From a bacterium (GTDB taxonomy: Bacteria; Bdellovibrionota_C; UBA2361; CALJRW01): a stretch of 64,000 nt of DNA. Of this stretch, positions 19,223 to 29,229 are shown piece by piece; position 1 is the first letter of the stretch; the number at the start of each line of letters is the position of its first letter. The stretch covers positions 32,001-96,000 of the forward strand of contig JANNBC010000025.1 of assembly GCA_031385045.1 (NCBI GenBank), written 5' to 3'. A program made the translations under genes and the position numbers. The notes beneath the pieces are model-generated. The model did not search any database, was not told the DNA's origin, and saw only the letters and a list, made by a program, of their open reading frames with translations.

Positions 19223-19858
19223 TTAAAATTGTTGATAAGCAATTAAGGTGCTCCCAGAGTCACTTTTTCTGGCCATAATTCCAACAAACCCACGTTCTAT
19301 TAATTTTGATTGTTGCTCAATATCGGTAGACTCAATCCAAATATCTGATTTAATCTCAAGTTGGATATTATTTAAATCAAGATAGGTGGCATATCTAAGT
19401 GATCCAAAGTGTTCTTCGCTAACATTGACAATCTGAAAACCACTATCCAATAAAATTTTAATAGATTTACCATTCATCGGTGAGACGGTCGCAAGTGCAT
19501 GATTAAGTCCAAGCCTCCTTGCTGCCATTAAACATTCTTTTAGAAGTATTTTTATCAGTCCTGCTTCTCTTGCCTCGATTGAGACAACGTAAGCTAAACG
19601 AATAAAGCCTTGTTCTAAATTAATTTTGGGAAGTATTTTATTGAATATTAAAATATCTTCCTTTTGACTAAATCCAATACAAACAGCGATCAGGCGATCT
19701 TTTAGAAAACTACCAAAGATCATTCCGCGGACTAAGGACTCTTGGACAATTGAATCTTTAATTGGGATATAGGTCTTTATTCCAACTTCTTCAGCCACTT
19801 GTAATTGAAGTTCTTGGATCAAAGCTAAATCGGCTATATTTAATAATCTATTCGACAT
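19223..19858 (-). CDS. GNAT-family acetyltransferase-like protein
   Basis: VVSIEAREAGLIK (motif A-like), ATVSPMNGKSIKILLDSGF; ATG at 19858 overlaps the HD gene end. Confidence 0.7.
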   Translation of the reverse strand: MSNRLLNIADLALIQELQLQVAEEVGIKTYIPIKDSIVQESLVRGMIFGSFLKDRLIAVCIGFSQKEDILIFNKILPKINLEQGFIRLAYVVSIEAREAGLIKILLKECLMAARRLGLNHALATVSPMNGKSIKILLDSGFQIVNVSEEHFGSLRYATYLDLNNIQLEIKSDIWIESTDIEQQSKLIERGFVGIMARKSDSGSTLIAYQQF

Positions 19859-20450
19859 TTTTTTGATGCGCAATGATAAAATCAATTAATTCATCTAATT
19901 TAAGATTAATCCTTGAAAGTGCATCTGAAATATCATCTCGATTAACTTGAGCAGCAAATGCCGGAGTTTTAATTTTTTTAATCACCGATTTAGATTCTAA
20001 TCCTTCGTATTTCGTTGGGCGGATTAAGGCGCAAGCGTGAATCAAACCTGATAATTCATCAAAGGCATAGATCATTTGATCCATTTTGTTTTTAGGTTCT
20101 ACACCAAAGTATCTCGGACTATGAGAGGCAATACACTGAATAATCTCAGGATCAATTTGACGCCTTTCTAATTCTTCAATAATCATTCGACAATGTGCTG
20201 CTGGATCTTTCTCCCAGTCAGCATCATGGAGTAGTCCTGCCAGTTCCCATTTCTGTGCAGTAATTGGATCTGCCTTTTCTTTCTGGATAGCCCAAGCTTT
20301 CATGTTTGCCGCAACTTGTCTCATATGTAAACGGAGTTTAGGATTTGGAACCCATTCCGCAAGTAACTGCTCGGCTTCTTCAATCGGCATTAAATTCCCA
20401 GAGTTTTTTGGGTCTCCAAAAATGTTTCGACCTAAATGATGTGTGTGCAT
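19848..20450 (-). CDS. HD-domain (HDIG-type) phosphohydrolase; start may be ATG at 20390
   Basis: LRLHM, AGLLHDADWE, IASH, YAFDELSGLI, KSVIKKIK.PAFAA.VNR. Confidence 0.88.
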   Translation of the reverse strand: MHTHHLGRNIFGDPKNSGNLMPIEEAEQLLAEWVPNPKLRLHMRQVAANMKAWAIQKEKADPITAQKWELAGLLHDADWEKDPAAHCRMIIEELERRQIDPEIIQCIASHSPRYFGVEPKNKMDQMIYAFDELSGLIHACALIRPTKYEGLESKSVIKKIKTPAFAAQVNRDDISDALSRINLKLDELIDFIIAHQKNVE

Positions 20451-20463
20451 AATAATTAAAAAG

Positions 20464-21420
20464 TTAAATTAATGGATTCTCCCACGGTAAACTCCGAACT
20501 TCTTGAATGATCAGTGGTTTGCTTGTAGCTAGTTTGATAATATCTTCAGCTAGTTCTCTGTTTCTAGCAATAACTATTGGACCAGATCCATTTAATTGAT
20601 AATTATTACCATCAAGTTGCAAAACAACCCCGCCAGCATTTTCTACAATTACCTTAATGGCAGCTAAATCCCAAATTTCTTGTTTAAGCTTGGCACTATT
20701 ATTATCATGGACTACTGCTACTGGTCCATTAGCTAGAAGTGTTCGGCAGCCGATTGCTGAGTGGGGAACTTCTATGGTGACTAATGCGGCACCTTGGGGA
20801 GTTCTTAGATTGGTTCTTAGATTGGCAAACAATTCAGTTTCATAGCGTGAATCCCCGTAATGATTAAGTGCAACCCAGGAGGATTGGAGTGGGGTAGAAT
20901 GAGTAGTTTTTAATTCTACTAGGCCAGTTTCTTTGGAGTAGTAGTGCGAACCTTTTCCAGTGCTAGCAAAAAACCATTCTTCTGTTAGTGGAAGATAGAC
21001 AACCCCAAGTTCTATCTGAAGATTACTTTGTAAGGCAATAAGTACTGCCGGGTGGGCCGGATTGGTTTTAAAGATGAAAGCTGAGGTTCCATCTAGAGGA
21101 TCAATAATCCAACACCTCTGATTTAAATTCATGTAATTATTAGGGCTTTCTTCCGAAATAATTTTGATTTCGGGAGTTGCTGTGTCTAGTAATCGAAGAA
21201 TTGCATCATTAGCTTTTTGGTCAGTTGCTGTTACAAAATCGCCAATTCCCTTAGATCTAAAATCTTGATGCTGTATCGATTGATAAGATTCTTGAATAAT
21301 TTTACCAGCAATCTGACAAGCTTCGCCCGCCGTTAATCCATGTTCATGTATAGCACCCAAGAACCTAAGTGCTAAATTTTGCTTGTTAGGTGTGCTGTTT
21401 AAAGAATGATTTGTTAACAT
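20464..21420 (-). CDS. Inositol monophosphatase (FIG) family phosphatase
   Basis: DFVTATD, ISEE, WIIDPLDGT, WDLAA...IVENAGG. Confidence 0.88.
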   Translation of the reverse strand: MLTNHSLNSTPNKQNLALRFLGAIHEHGLTAGEACQIAGKIIQESYQSIQHQDFRSKGIGDFVTATDQKANDAILRLLDTATPEIKIISEESPNNYMNLNQRCWIIDPLDGTSAFIFKTNPAHPAVLIALQSNLQIELGVVYLPLTEEWFFASTGKGSHYYSKETGLVELKTTHSTPLQSSWVALNHYGDSRYETELFANLRTNLRTPQGAALVTIEVPHSAIGCRTLLANGPVAVVHDNNSAKLKQEIWDLAAIKVIVENAGGVVLQLDGNNYQLNGSGPIVIARNRELAEDIIKLATSKPLIIQEVRSLPWENPLI

Positions 21421-21526
21421 AAAAAATTGCTTAAAAATAAAGTTATTCTTAAATAAAGGAGATTTAAGTGCTTTTCTTCAAATCTAGCTGTCTTTGATCC
21501 GAAAATATGGTAATTATTGGATCAAT

Positions 21527-22486
21527 ATGAAATTAAATGATCAAGAAAAAAGAGTTCTGGCAGCTGTTGAACTAGCAGCAGATAAGACTGTTCCTGAGAT
21601 TGCCAAAGAAACCAGAATGCAAGCTGCAAGTGTACAAAGATCTTTAAGTAATTTGATTTCTCATAGAATTATTGATGGTCGGACAACCATCATCGATTTA
21701 GCCAAACTTGGATTTATTGAACACGGACTTTTTGTTTCCTTAAATGCCAATGTCGCCCAGCTCGAAGCATTTATGAAGGAGCTTCAAAAACATCCTCAAG
21801 TAAGTTGGATTGCAGAAGGTGGAGCTAAGTATGACTTAATGTTTAATCTTGTGGTTCAAAACTCCCGAGAGGCGATGAATTTTTTAGATCGTTTAACTAT
21901 TAGGTTCCCAGAAATTATTCGAGAAAAAGAAATCTTAATTAGAATGGAAAGGTTGCGCTACTGGAGAAGGTATCTAAGTGGTAATATTCGTAAGCGTCCA
22001 CAATTTATCATCGGTGCAGATGCCAAACAGGTTGAAATTGATAGTCGGGATAGGCAAGTACTGCTAGCTCTTAGCCAGACAAAGTTAGAGTCATTTCGAG
22101 AACTGGCACTTACTTGTGAAATGCCGATTAGCTCCTTTCTTCGCCGACTTCAAAAATTAAAAGAATCTAATTTAGTTTTAGGCTTTGGATATCGTCTTAA
22201 TTTAGAAATGCTTGGTGTTCAGCAATATCGCGTTCTAATTGCGACAGCGGATCAATCTGCTGCCTATAAAAGTTTAAAATTATACTGTGAAGAAACTGGT
22301 AAGATTAAATTACTGACTAGATGCCTAGGTCGATATGACTTTGATTTAGAAATAGATATTCCAATGGCTGACGATATTAGACAGGTAATCGGAGATTTGA
22401 AAAACATTTTACATCAATTTAAGCCGGAAATTCAGATTGTTCCCATTTTTAAACATCGTAAATTTATTGCATTCCCTGTAAGTTGA
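21527..22486 (+). CDS. Tandem Lrp/AsnC-type transcriptional regulator
   Basis: Two wHTH+RAM units: MKLNDQEKRVL...IAKE...YDL and IDSRDRQVL...ELA...GRYDFDLE. Confidence 0.8.
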   Translation: MKLNDQEKRVLAAVELAADKTVPEIAKETRMQAASVQRSLSNLISHRIIDGRTTIIDLAKLGFIEHGLFVSLNANVAQLEAFMKELQKHPQVSWIAEGGAKYDLMFNLVVQNSREAMNFLDRLTIRFPEIIREKEILIRMERLRYWRRYLSGNIRKRPQFIIGADAKQVEIDSRDRQVLLALSQTKLESFRELALTCEMPISSFLRRLQKLKESNLVLGFGYRLNLEMLGVQQYRVLIATADQSAAYKSLKLYCEETGKIKLLTRCLGRYDFDLEIDIPMADDIRQVIGDLKNILHQFKPEIQIVPIFKHRKFIAFPVS

Positions 22487-22554
22487 TTTTTTATCTACTT
22501 ATTATCTTCTAATCTCATGGTAAATTTTTATATTCTGGAATGACATTAATTTAA

Positions 22555-24063
22555 CTATACAAGTTCATGACTGGGTGGTGCAATTCTATTTTGTAGAAAG
22601 TTTAAATAGGCACTATTTAAATCAATGACAGATTTTGCAGAATTTGCCCTGGCGCAAATTTTCTCAACAACTTGACGATCGATTGTTGGAGTATGTAGAG
22701 GATCAAAATGAGCACTAAAGATCATTTGATTTACAAGTCCTACTAATTTTCTTAATCCTTTAATATCCATGTAAGGTTCAAACTTTAGGTCTCCATGAAT
22801 TGCTGGGGTTGTTGAGTAAACAGATTGTCCAGTTAAGTAAGCAAAAAAGTCGGCACTATGACTAATTAACTTGGGATTATTACTATTAGCCATCGATAAA
22901 ATTAAACGTGATAGTCGTTGAGGAGAAGTCAAATCCGAGGCCTTAGCTAAGTAACCATCAGAATTAAATTTTACCAACCAAGTTTCCAATTGTACTGAAG
23001 TAGGAGCGAAGGCCTGGATCCGATAAATCCCAGGGAGTCCTTTACTCACGGCATATTTGCCCATTAAATGACGAGTAAATGTCATTAATTCTCGCACAGC
23101 TTGGGAGTTATTAGTTTGTTGATAATTGGAAAGTTCCAGGTAAGCTAATTTATTTAGAAATTCAGGGTTATTACGATTTTGAATAAATGAACCGACAATT
23201 CTAATATTTTCTAAATTAGTTCTTAAGACTGGGTCGCTTACCTGATTAGGATCATGATAAAAATCTAGCTGTCGACGATTAGTCATCTTTGCTCGGAAGA
23301 TCTTCACTTTTTTTAAATCTATTGGCCCATTTAAAGGAACTTGGAACTTAACGATCCAAGCAAAACGTGTTTTTCCTTCTAATAGACTAGTTTCTTTTTC
23401 CACGTCATCGCCAATCATCGGTTGATGCCCATGACTTCCATAAAGTGTATAGCCAAAGCGACTGGCATTCCTAATTAAAGGATCATCTAATGTTAAATTA
23501 AAATAGGGAGTAATATCAGCAAACCCCACATAGACTTCAAAGTGATCTCGCTTGGCTCGGACATACAGAACATCATCGTAATCCCCGTAGACAGGTTGAT
23601 CTTGTTCATCCCGAACACCATCCGAATCAATCGAGATAAAAGGTAGTTCTTGTAGATCAACAAATTTAAGTTTATGCCGATAAAAATTTACTGGTCGAAC
23701 AGAATCTACAAATAATTTTTTATATAACTGATTAGCCTCTTCGCTAGAAATTTTATAATCAAATTCCGCCGGACTTTTCATGATTCGAAAAAAAGCCATT
23801 TGATCAGGCACTAAATTAATTGTTCTGAGATCAAAGGATTTAGCAATTTGACGATTTTCTTCTAAATCGGGAAGCTCCAAGGCATAGATCTTTAATCTTT
23901 GTTTGGTTTTAGCGTCACTTACCTGATAGGTTTTAATACTAAGTCCAATTGCACCTCTTAGTTGATCACGGAGATTTAAAACTTGTTGATCTTCACGCGA
24001 CTGTCTTCGAAATCCAAAGCTTGATAAGTCGAGATGGGTATTGTGGAGGTTCGGAGACTGCAT
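22555..24063 (-). CDS. RNB-domain (RNase II/R-like) protein, divergent
   Basis: DLQELPFISID...DYDDVL, VYVGFADIT, TLYG, SLLEGKTR, ELM, GIYRIQ, YS..P.IHGDL...Y. Confidence 0.7.
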   Translation of the reverse strand: MQSPNLHNTHLDLSSFGFRRQSREDQQVLNLRDQLRGAIGLSIKTYQVSDAKTKQRLKIYALELPDLEENRQIAKSFDLRTINLVPDQMAFFRIMKSPAEFDYKISSEEANQLYKKLFVDSVRPVNFYRHKLKFVDLQELPFISIDSDGVRDEQDQPVYGDYDDVLYVRAKRDHFEVYVGFADITPYFNLTLDDPLIRNASRFGYTLYGSHGHQPMIGDDVEKETSLLEGKTRFAWIVKFQVPLNGPIDLKKVKIFRAKMTNRRQLDFYHDPNQVSDPVLRTNLENIRIVGSFIQNRNNPEFLNKLAYLELSNYQQTNNSQAVRELMTFTRHLMGKYAVSKGLPGIYRIQAFAPTSVQLETWLVKFNSDGYLAKASDLTSPQRLSRLILSMANSNNPKLISHSADFFAYLTGQSVYSTTPAIHGDLKFEPYMDIKGLRKLVGLVNQMIFSAHFDPLHTPTIDRQVVEKICARANSAKSVIDLNSAYLNFLQNRIAPPSHELV

Positions 24064-24150
24064 TACCACCATTATAAGCGATCTTTTTCCTATAGTAACT
24101 ACATATTTTTAATAAGGGAATGTAATTAGATATAAATCAGCCTCATTAGT

Positions 24151-25278
24151 CTAAATCTGAAAGTTTACTAGAGTGGCAGGGATAATAACTGCCTGTCCCA
24201 CTGGTATTGGGTATACTTGATAATCTACTGTGACACTAGCTTCTCCTGCTAGGCAGAAAATTAGTTGAAGCTGATCCTTAGTTGTAAAGATCTGATCAAG
24301 GGTTTGTGCAAATTTACCAATCTTAAAAAAATCATTATCGGGAATTTTGTAAAAGCTTAGTTCGAAGGTCGGGTTAAGCGTTAGAATCTGAGGAACTTGT
24401 TCTTGAAAGTCTAACATTGAAAGTAGAGTTTTCTGATCAATATATTTATGTGTTAATCCTCCGCGCACCACATTATCTGAAGGAGCCATACATTCTAATA
24501 ATTCACCTGATAGGTAAGCATGGGGAATATTAGAATTAATAAACAATGCTCCTCCCGGTTCTACGATTACAAAATTGAGTAAATAAAAGCAGAAGATACC
24601 AAGATCGCCATTTGGGTATCTTGCTTCTAATTTTATAATCTCTTTCTCAAGTTCTGAAGGGACATTCTTTAATTTAAGCCTGGCAAATAGTTTTTGGGAT
24701 TCTGATTTAATTAGTTCAGCATCCGTATTTACAAGTCGTTGATAGATTTTTTGATAAGTTAGGTCAGCAAGATCCTCAAGGATATTCTTAAATTCTGGAA
24801 TAAAGCTTTCATCTTCCTCATTTAGGAAGTTTAATATTTCAGACTGAGCTCTAAAACCATAAAGCAGCTTAACGGGGGAGATGGCAATTCCAACTTCTGG
24901 TTTTGGAAATCTATCGGGGTAATTTTTAGGATCATTAGCGTGAAGGATTGGCGCGCGCTGGGCATCTGGGTGTGCTTGAATAGATAGCGCTTCATTTACA
25001 GAGAGGACTTTAAAGAGAAAGGGGAGACTGGCTCCAAATTTTCCTAGCACCTCTTTCCCTAATATTGCCGGAGTAAATTTAATTTCTTCTAAAAGGTTAT
25101 TTGGGGAATCTGTAATTTTAGCTGGCGCTTTAGGGTGAGTTCCAAACCAAAGTTCCGCAAACTTTCCTGTTTTTGATTCGTAGCCAAAAGGATTAGAAAT
25201 GATCGAAGTTTCATCTTTTCCCCAATCATATTCTTGAACGATGCCTTTGATCTTGATTATTGGGGATTTTATAGTCAT
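24151..25278 (-). CDS. manA: Mannose-6-phosphate isomerase, class I
   Basis: QEYDWGK, AELWFGTHP, LPFLFKVL, LSIQAHPD, NYPD..KPE, PHAYLSG..ECMA.SDNVVRGGLT. Confidence 0.93.
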   Translation of the reverse strand: MTIKSPIIKIKGIVQEYDWGKDETSIISNPFGYESKTGKFAELWFGTHPKAPAKITDSPNNLLEEIKFTPAILGKEVLGKFGASLPFLFKVLSVNEALSIQAHPDAQRAPILHANDPKNYPDRFPKPEVGIAISPVKLLYGFRAQSEILNFLNEEDESFIPEFKNILEDLADLTYQKIYQRLVNTDAELIKSESQKLFARLKLKNVPSELEKEIIKLEARYPNGDLGIFCFYLLNFVIVEPGGALFINSNIPHAYLSGELLECMAPSDNVVRGGLTHKYIDQKTLLSMLDFQEQVPQILTLNPTFELSFYKIPDNDFFKIGKFAQTLDQIFTTKDQLQLIFCLAGEASVTVDYQVYPIPVGQAVIIPATLVNFQI

Positions 25279-25465
25279 GGAATAGATTATAGTAAATTAA
25301 GTGGCAAATTGTCGATGCTCACAGCAAAAGAGTAGTTCAATTTAACAACCCAATTTCCTTCAATCAGTCCTGCTAAAAAGCCTGTAATTCCTAAAAAGAC
25401 TTTAATTTTACTTACTTAAAGAATTAATATAAAAGGAGGCCAGTATTTTTAAAATTAATCTATCT

Positions 25466-27277
25466 GTGAAACAAAACGAAGAAATCCGTAATATCGCCAT
25501 TATTGCCCACGTTGACCATGGGAAAACAACTTTAGTAGATCATTTGTTCAAGCAAAGTGGTTTATTTCGGGAAAACCAAAACGTGGAAGATCGAGCCATG
25601 GATAGTGGGGATCTAGAAAAAGAGCGTGGGATTACCATCACTGCTAAAAACTGTTCCGTTAAACGCGGCAAAACTAAGATCAATATCCTAGATACTCCAG
25701 GTCACGCCGATTTTGGTGGTGAAGTGGAACGTGCCTTGATGATGGTGGATGGTGTAATTCTATTGGTTGATGCTGCTGAAGGACCATTGCCTCAAACCCG
25801 TTTTGTTCTTAAAAAATCTTTAGAAAGAGGTCTGCCGATTATTGTTGTCCTAAACAAAATCGATCGTCAAGATGCAAGACCTGCAGAAGTTTTAAACGAA
25901 ATTTATGATTTATTTATTGACCTTGATGCCAATGAAGATCAGCTAGATTTTCCTGTGCTTTACGCTATTGCTCGTGATGGTATTGCCAAGCGTGCCTTAA
26001 CAGATGAGAATGTTAATTTAGATCCACTTTTTGATGAAATTATTAATTTCTTACCAGCTCCTAAGTACGATGAGAATGAGCCCTTTGGTATGTTAGTAGC
26101 AAACGTTAGTTACTCTGATTATCTAGGCAAGTTAGCAATTGGTCGGATCTTTAATGGTGTAATTAATCCTGGTGATAAATTGGCTAGGATTGATGAGCAG
26201 GAACAAGTTACTAGTCTTAAGTCTGTGGTAGTTCAGGTGTATGAAGGTCTTGATATCAAAAAACTTGATTCAACTGCAGCGGCAGGAGAAATTGTAGTAG
26301 TTTCCGGAATGGAAGATGTGAAAATTGGAGATACTATTTGTTCTGCTGAAAATCCAAGAGTTCTTCCAAGGATTTCAATTGATCCACCAACAGTTTCCAT
26401 GAAATTCTTTGCCAATACTTCACCGCTTTGTGGTCAAGAAGGAACTATTGTTCAAGCTCAGAAGATTGGTGATCGCTTAATGAAAGAGTCACTTTATAAC
26501 GTAGCACTGAAGATTGAAAAAAGTGAAGATGATGATTCTTTTGTAGTTAAAGGTCGTGGTGAATTACAGATGGCCATTCTAATCGAAACTATGCGCCGTG
26601 AAGGTTTTGAACTAACAGTTGGGCGACCAGAGATTATCTTTAAAGAAGTTGATGGTGCACGTCATGAGCCGATTGAGCATTTGATGATTGACTGCGGAGA
26701 AGAGCACGTTGGTGTGATTAGTGAAAAGCTATCAAAGCGTAAAGGTCGAATGACTAATCTTGTGAATCACGGTTCTGGTCGTGTTCGTTTAGAATTTTCT
26801 GTTCCTTCTAGAGCTTTAATTGGTTTTAGAAATGAATTCTTAACTGATACTAAAGGAAGCGGGATGTTGAATTCTTATGTTGAAGGATATGAAGAGTACC
26901 GTGGTGATTTCGAAAATCGTCAAAATGGTTCTTTAGTTTCAGACCGTGCCGGAGTCGCTGTTGCCTATGGTTTATTCGGCTTAGAAGATCGTGGTCGAAT
27001 GCTGGTAAATCCTGGAGATGCTGTGTACGAAGGAATGATTATTGGGGAGCATGCTCGTTACAATGATCTTAACGTAAATCCTTGCAAAGCTAAAAAATTA
27101 AGTAATATGAGAACGGCTGGTAAGGATGATAACATTCTCCTTACTCCCGTAACTAAGATGAGCTTGGAGCGAGCAATCGAAATGATTCGTGAAGACGAGT
27201 TAGTAGAAGTAACTCCAAAGAATGTTCGCTTACGGAAGAAATTCCTTTCACCAAACATGCGAAAAGATCGCTTGTAA
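25466..27277 (+). CDS. typA: Translational GTPase TypA/BipA
   Basis: RNIAIIAHVDHGKTTLVD, ERGITI, DTPGHADFGGEVER, GRGELQMAILIETMRREGFE, ELVEVTPK. Confidence 0.97.
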   Translation: MKQNEEIRNIAIIAHVDHGKTTLVDHLFKQSGLFRENQNVEDRAMDSGDLEKERGITITAKNCSVKRGKTKINILDTPGHADFGGEVERALMMVDGVILLVDAAEGPLPQTRFVLKKSLERGLPIIVVLNKIDRQDARPAEVLNEIYDLFIDLDANEDQLDFPVLYAIARDGIAKRALTDENVNLDPLFDEIINFLPAPKYDENEPFGMLVANVSYSDYLGKLAIGRIFNGVINPGDKLARIDEQEQVTSLKSVVVQVYEGLDIKKLDSTAAAGEIVVVSGMEDVKIGDTICSAENPRVLPRISIDPPTVSMKFFANTSPLCGQEGTIVQAQKIGDRLMKESLYNVALKIEKSEDDDSFVVKGRGELQMAILIETMRREGFELTVGRPEIIFKEVDGARHEPIEHLMIDCGEEHVGVISEKLSKRKGRMTNLVNHGSGRVRLEFSVPSRALIGFRNEFLTDTKGSGMLNSYVEGYEEYRGDFENRQNGSLVSDRAGVAVAYGLFGLEDRGRMLVNPGDAVYEGMIIGEHARYNDLNVNPCKAKKLSNMRTAGKDDNILLTPVTKMSLERAIEMIREDELVEVTPKNVRLRKKFLSPNMRKDRL

Positions 27278-27289
27278 TTTCAAACGATT

Positions 27290-27440
27290 GAGGGGGATTG
27301 CGACTTTTTACGTAGCTGTTCACGTGCTAGGTAAAAGTCTTTTGCCAAGATGCTCAAAGAAAGCAGATCTAGCTATTTCTTTGTCAAAATCTGAACGATT
27401 TTGTCCATTGGTGTGAACGGCTAGTCGTCTCTCCCCCTTC
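27290..27440 (+). ncRNA. Candidate rod-like structured RNA (6S-like architecture) downstream of typA
   Basis: Nested pairings gaggggga/tcccccttc, gcgac/gtcgt, tagctgttcac/gtgaacggcta, caaagaaa/tttctttg; G-U pairs favour the + strand. Confidence 0.3.
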
Positions 27441-27459
27441 GCTAAAGCTACGGGAGGAC
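27427..27459. repeat. REP-like short palindrome (CTTCG-CTAAAG-CTACG type)
   Basis: cccttcgctaaagctacgggagg; related to the element at 31284. Confidence 0.55.
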
Positions 27460-27573
27460 AAGCTACCCCCAATTTACTTCGTAAATTGACCCCTTATAGG
27501 GGATTTGATCTTTCTTTATAATGACTACCTGAACGCTTACCTTTTTACTTAACTTAATCATTTTGATTTAATT

Positions 27574-28044
27574 ATGAAATCTGTGGCAATCTTCCTTAGA
27601 GCTATTGGCTTCATTCTTTCGGCAGGATTGTTTCTAATTTCTGCCTACACCCTTAGTGATTATTATTATTTTAAATTCTTTTCTGTTAAGGCGGAAGGAA
27701 TTATCACTTCTGTCCAAATTCCGGAAGTGCACTCTCGTTTAGCACAGGCTTCTAATGCCAATCACTCAATAATTAGTGAAGCAGAATATTCTCCTAATTA
27801 TCAGATTGATTATCAAGATTTAAATCACCAACCACAGAGCGGAGTCTTAGTTGGCCTGATTGGTCAGGCAATCTATAAGTCAGGTGATGTTATTCAGTTT
27901 TCCTATCTTCAGAGTAATACTCAAAAACTTAGACAGGTAGAATCCGAAAATCCTTGGCCTACAGTTAGCTTATGTTTATTTATTGCCTGTATCCTCTTAG
28001 CGTTCAGCCTGAGATCTGGTTTTAGAAAAAGAGTGAGTTATTAA
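27574..28044 (+). CDS. DUF3592-like membrane protein
   Basis: N-terminal TM, AEGII, Y.IDYQD..Q, YKSGDVIQFSY, C-terminal TM. Confidence 0.65.
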   Translation: MKSVAIFLRAIGFILSAGLFLISAYTLSDYYYFKFFSVKAEGIITSVQIPEVHSRLAQASNANHSIISEAEYSPNYQIDYQDLNHQPQSGVLVGLIGQAIYKSGDVIQFSYLQSNTQKLRQVESENPWPTVSLCLFIACILLAFSLRSGFRKRVSY

Positions 28045-29183
28045 GCACCAACTATTTGTGGGTAAGATTTAGTAGAAATCATTTGCTCACTACCAACGCA
28101 AATCCGTAGCATTTTTCGAAATCTAACAAAGACACTTTCTTGGATATAGGGAATCTTGTATTTTAGACAAAGCGCTTTTACTTCTGGTTGTACTTCTCGA
28201 TATTTAAGCATTGGAAGATCGGGGAATAGGTGATGTTCAATTTGGTAGTTAAGCCAAATTTGTAAATAGTCCTGCCATTCTTTACCGCAATGATAATTAA
28301 CTGACGTTAATACCTGGGTTAGATAAAACTGTTCTTTATTATCATAGTGAAATTCATAGCGATGTAAATCGTCCCCGGCATGATTTGGTCCAATAATTAA
28401 GAAAGAATGAAAATTGGTAATCATTTCTGCTAGCACCTTATTGATTAATACAAACAGAGCTGCCTGTGGGCTAATTAGTAAAAATAGAGCGGGAATAGCA
28501 ATAAAGTGGAAAGTGAAATAGGGTAGATAGCATTGTAGCCAAAGTCTTCTAACTTGTACTTTTTGAAAAGAAAGTAGATCACGGAGAGATAAAAACTTTA
28601 CCTGATCCTTATCGATTCGTTGATACTTCTCATCTAAGCAACTAATTGTATTTAGCGCATAATAGGTGAATTTCCAGCTAATGCAGAAAAAGAACATAAA
28701 AATATACTTACACCAGATAGGCAGCGATAATTTTCTTAAGAATTCTGCATTTCTCTCGACAAGGTCTGGATCTTGATGTTCCCCAGTATGGTAATGGTGA
28801 AGAATATTATGTTCATAGTCCCAACCACTAGGGTGAATCCAATCAAACCAATCAATAAAACGACGATTCCCTTTGGCAAACCCTTTACTTGTATAGCGAG
28901 TTGGGATGTTAGGCACTCGGTCGTAGCCACGGTGCATAATGTGATGTGCCATTAGCCAACGTGTAAATTGTCCTAGGCTTAAAAGAAATGCACTAATCGG
29001 GTTAGGAAGAATCCAAGCAGTTAGATAGCCAAAAAAAGTCGCAATCCTTCCGTAGCTTTCCACTTTTTTTAAATGCTGATAATCTTTACTAGAAATTGAA
29101 GCGTAAATGCGCTGCTTGATTTCCCCAAGTTCAGCAGTAAAGTTTTTAATATCTTCTTTCGAGAATTGATTGGTAACATCCAT
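28041..29183 (-). CDS. Fatty acid desaturase
   Basis: His boxes HHIMH, HNILHHYH, NYQIEHHLFP. Confidence 0.92.
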   Translation of the reverse strand: MDVTNQFSKEDIKNFTAELGEIKQRIYASISSKDYQHLKKVESYGRIATFFGYLTAWILPNPISAFLLSLGQFTRWLMAHHIMHRGYDRVPNIPTRYTSKGFAKGNRRFIDWFDWIHPSGWDYEHNILHHYHTGEHQDPDLVERNAEFLRKLSLPIWCKYIFMFFFCISWKFTYYALNTISCLDEKYQRIDKDQVKFLSLRDLLSFQKVQVRRLWLQCYLPYFTFHFIAIPALFLLISPQAALFVLINKVLAEMITNFHSFLIIGPNHAGDDLHRYEFHYDNKEQFYLTQVLTSVNYHCGKEWQDYLQIWLNYQIEHHLFPDLPMLKYREVQPEVKALCLKYKIPYIQESVFVRFRKMLRICVGSEQMISTKSYPQIVGA

Positions 29184-29229
29184 TAATGGTGTTTATAAAC
29201 TTTAAGACTTGAAGGGGCAAGCATAATAG

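Noticed and set aside
24151..24153. Genome-wide TAG recoding
   Set aside because: Many genes here end at TAG at expected family C-termini (for example OsmC, DUF423, the sigma54 regulator)
27222..27416. 64-aa ORF overlapping the typA end
   Set aside because: No motif; the region is better explained by RNA structure or a repeat
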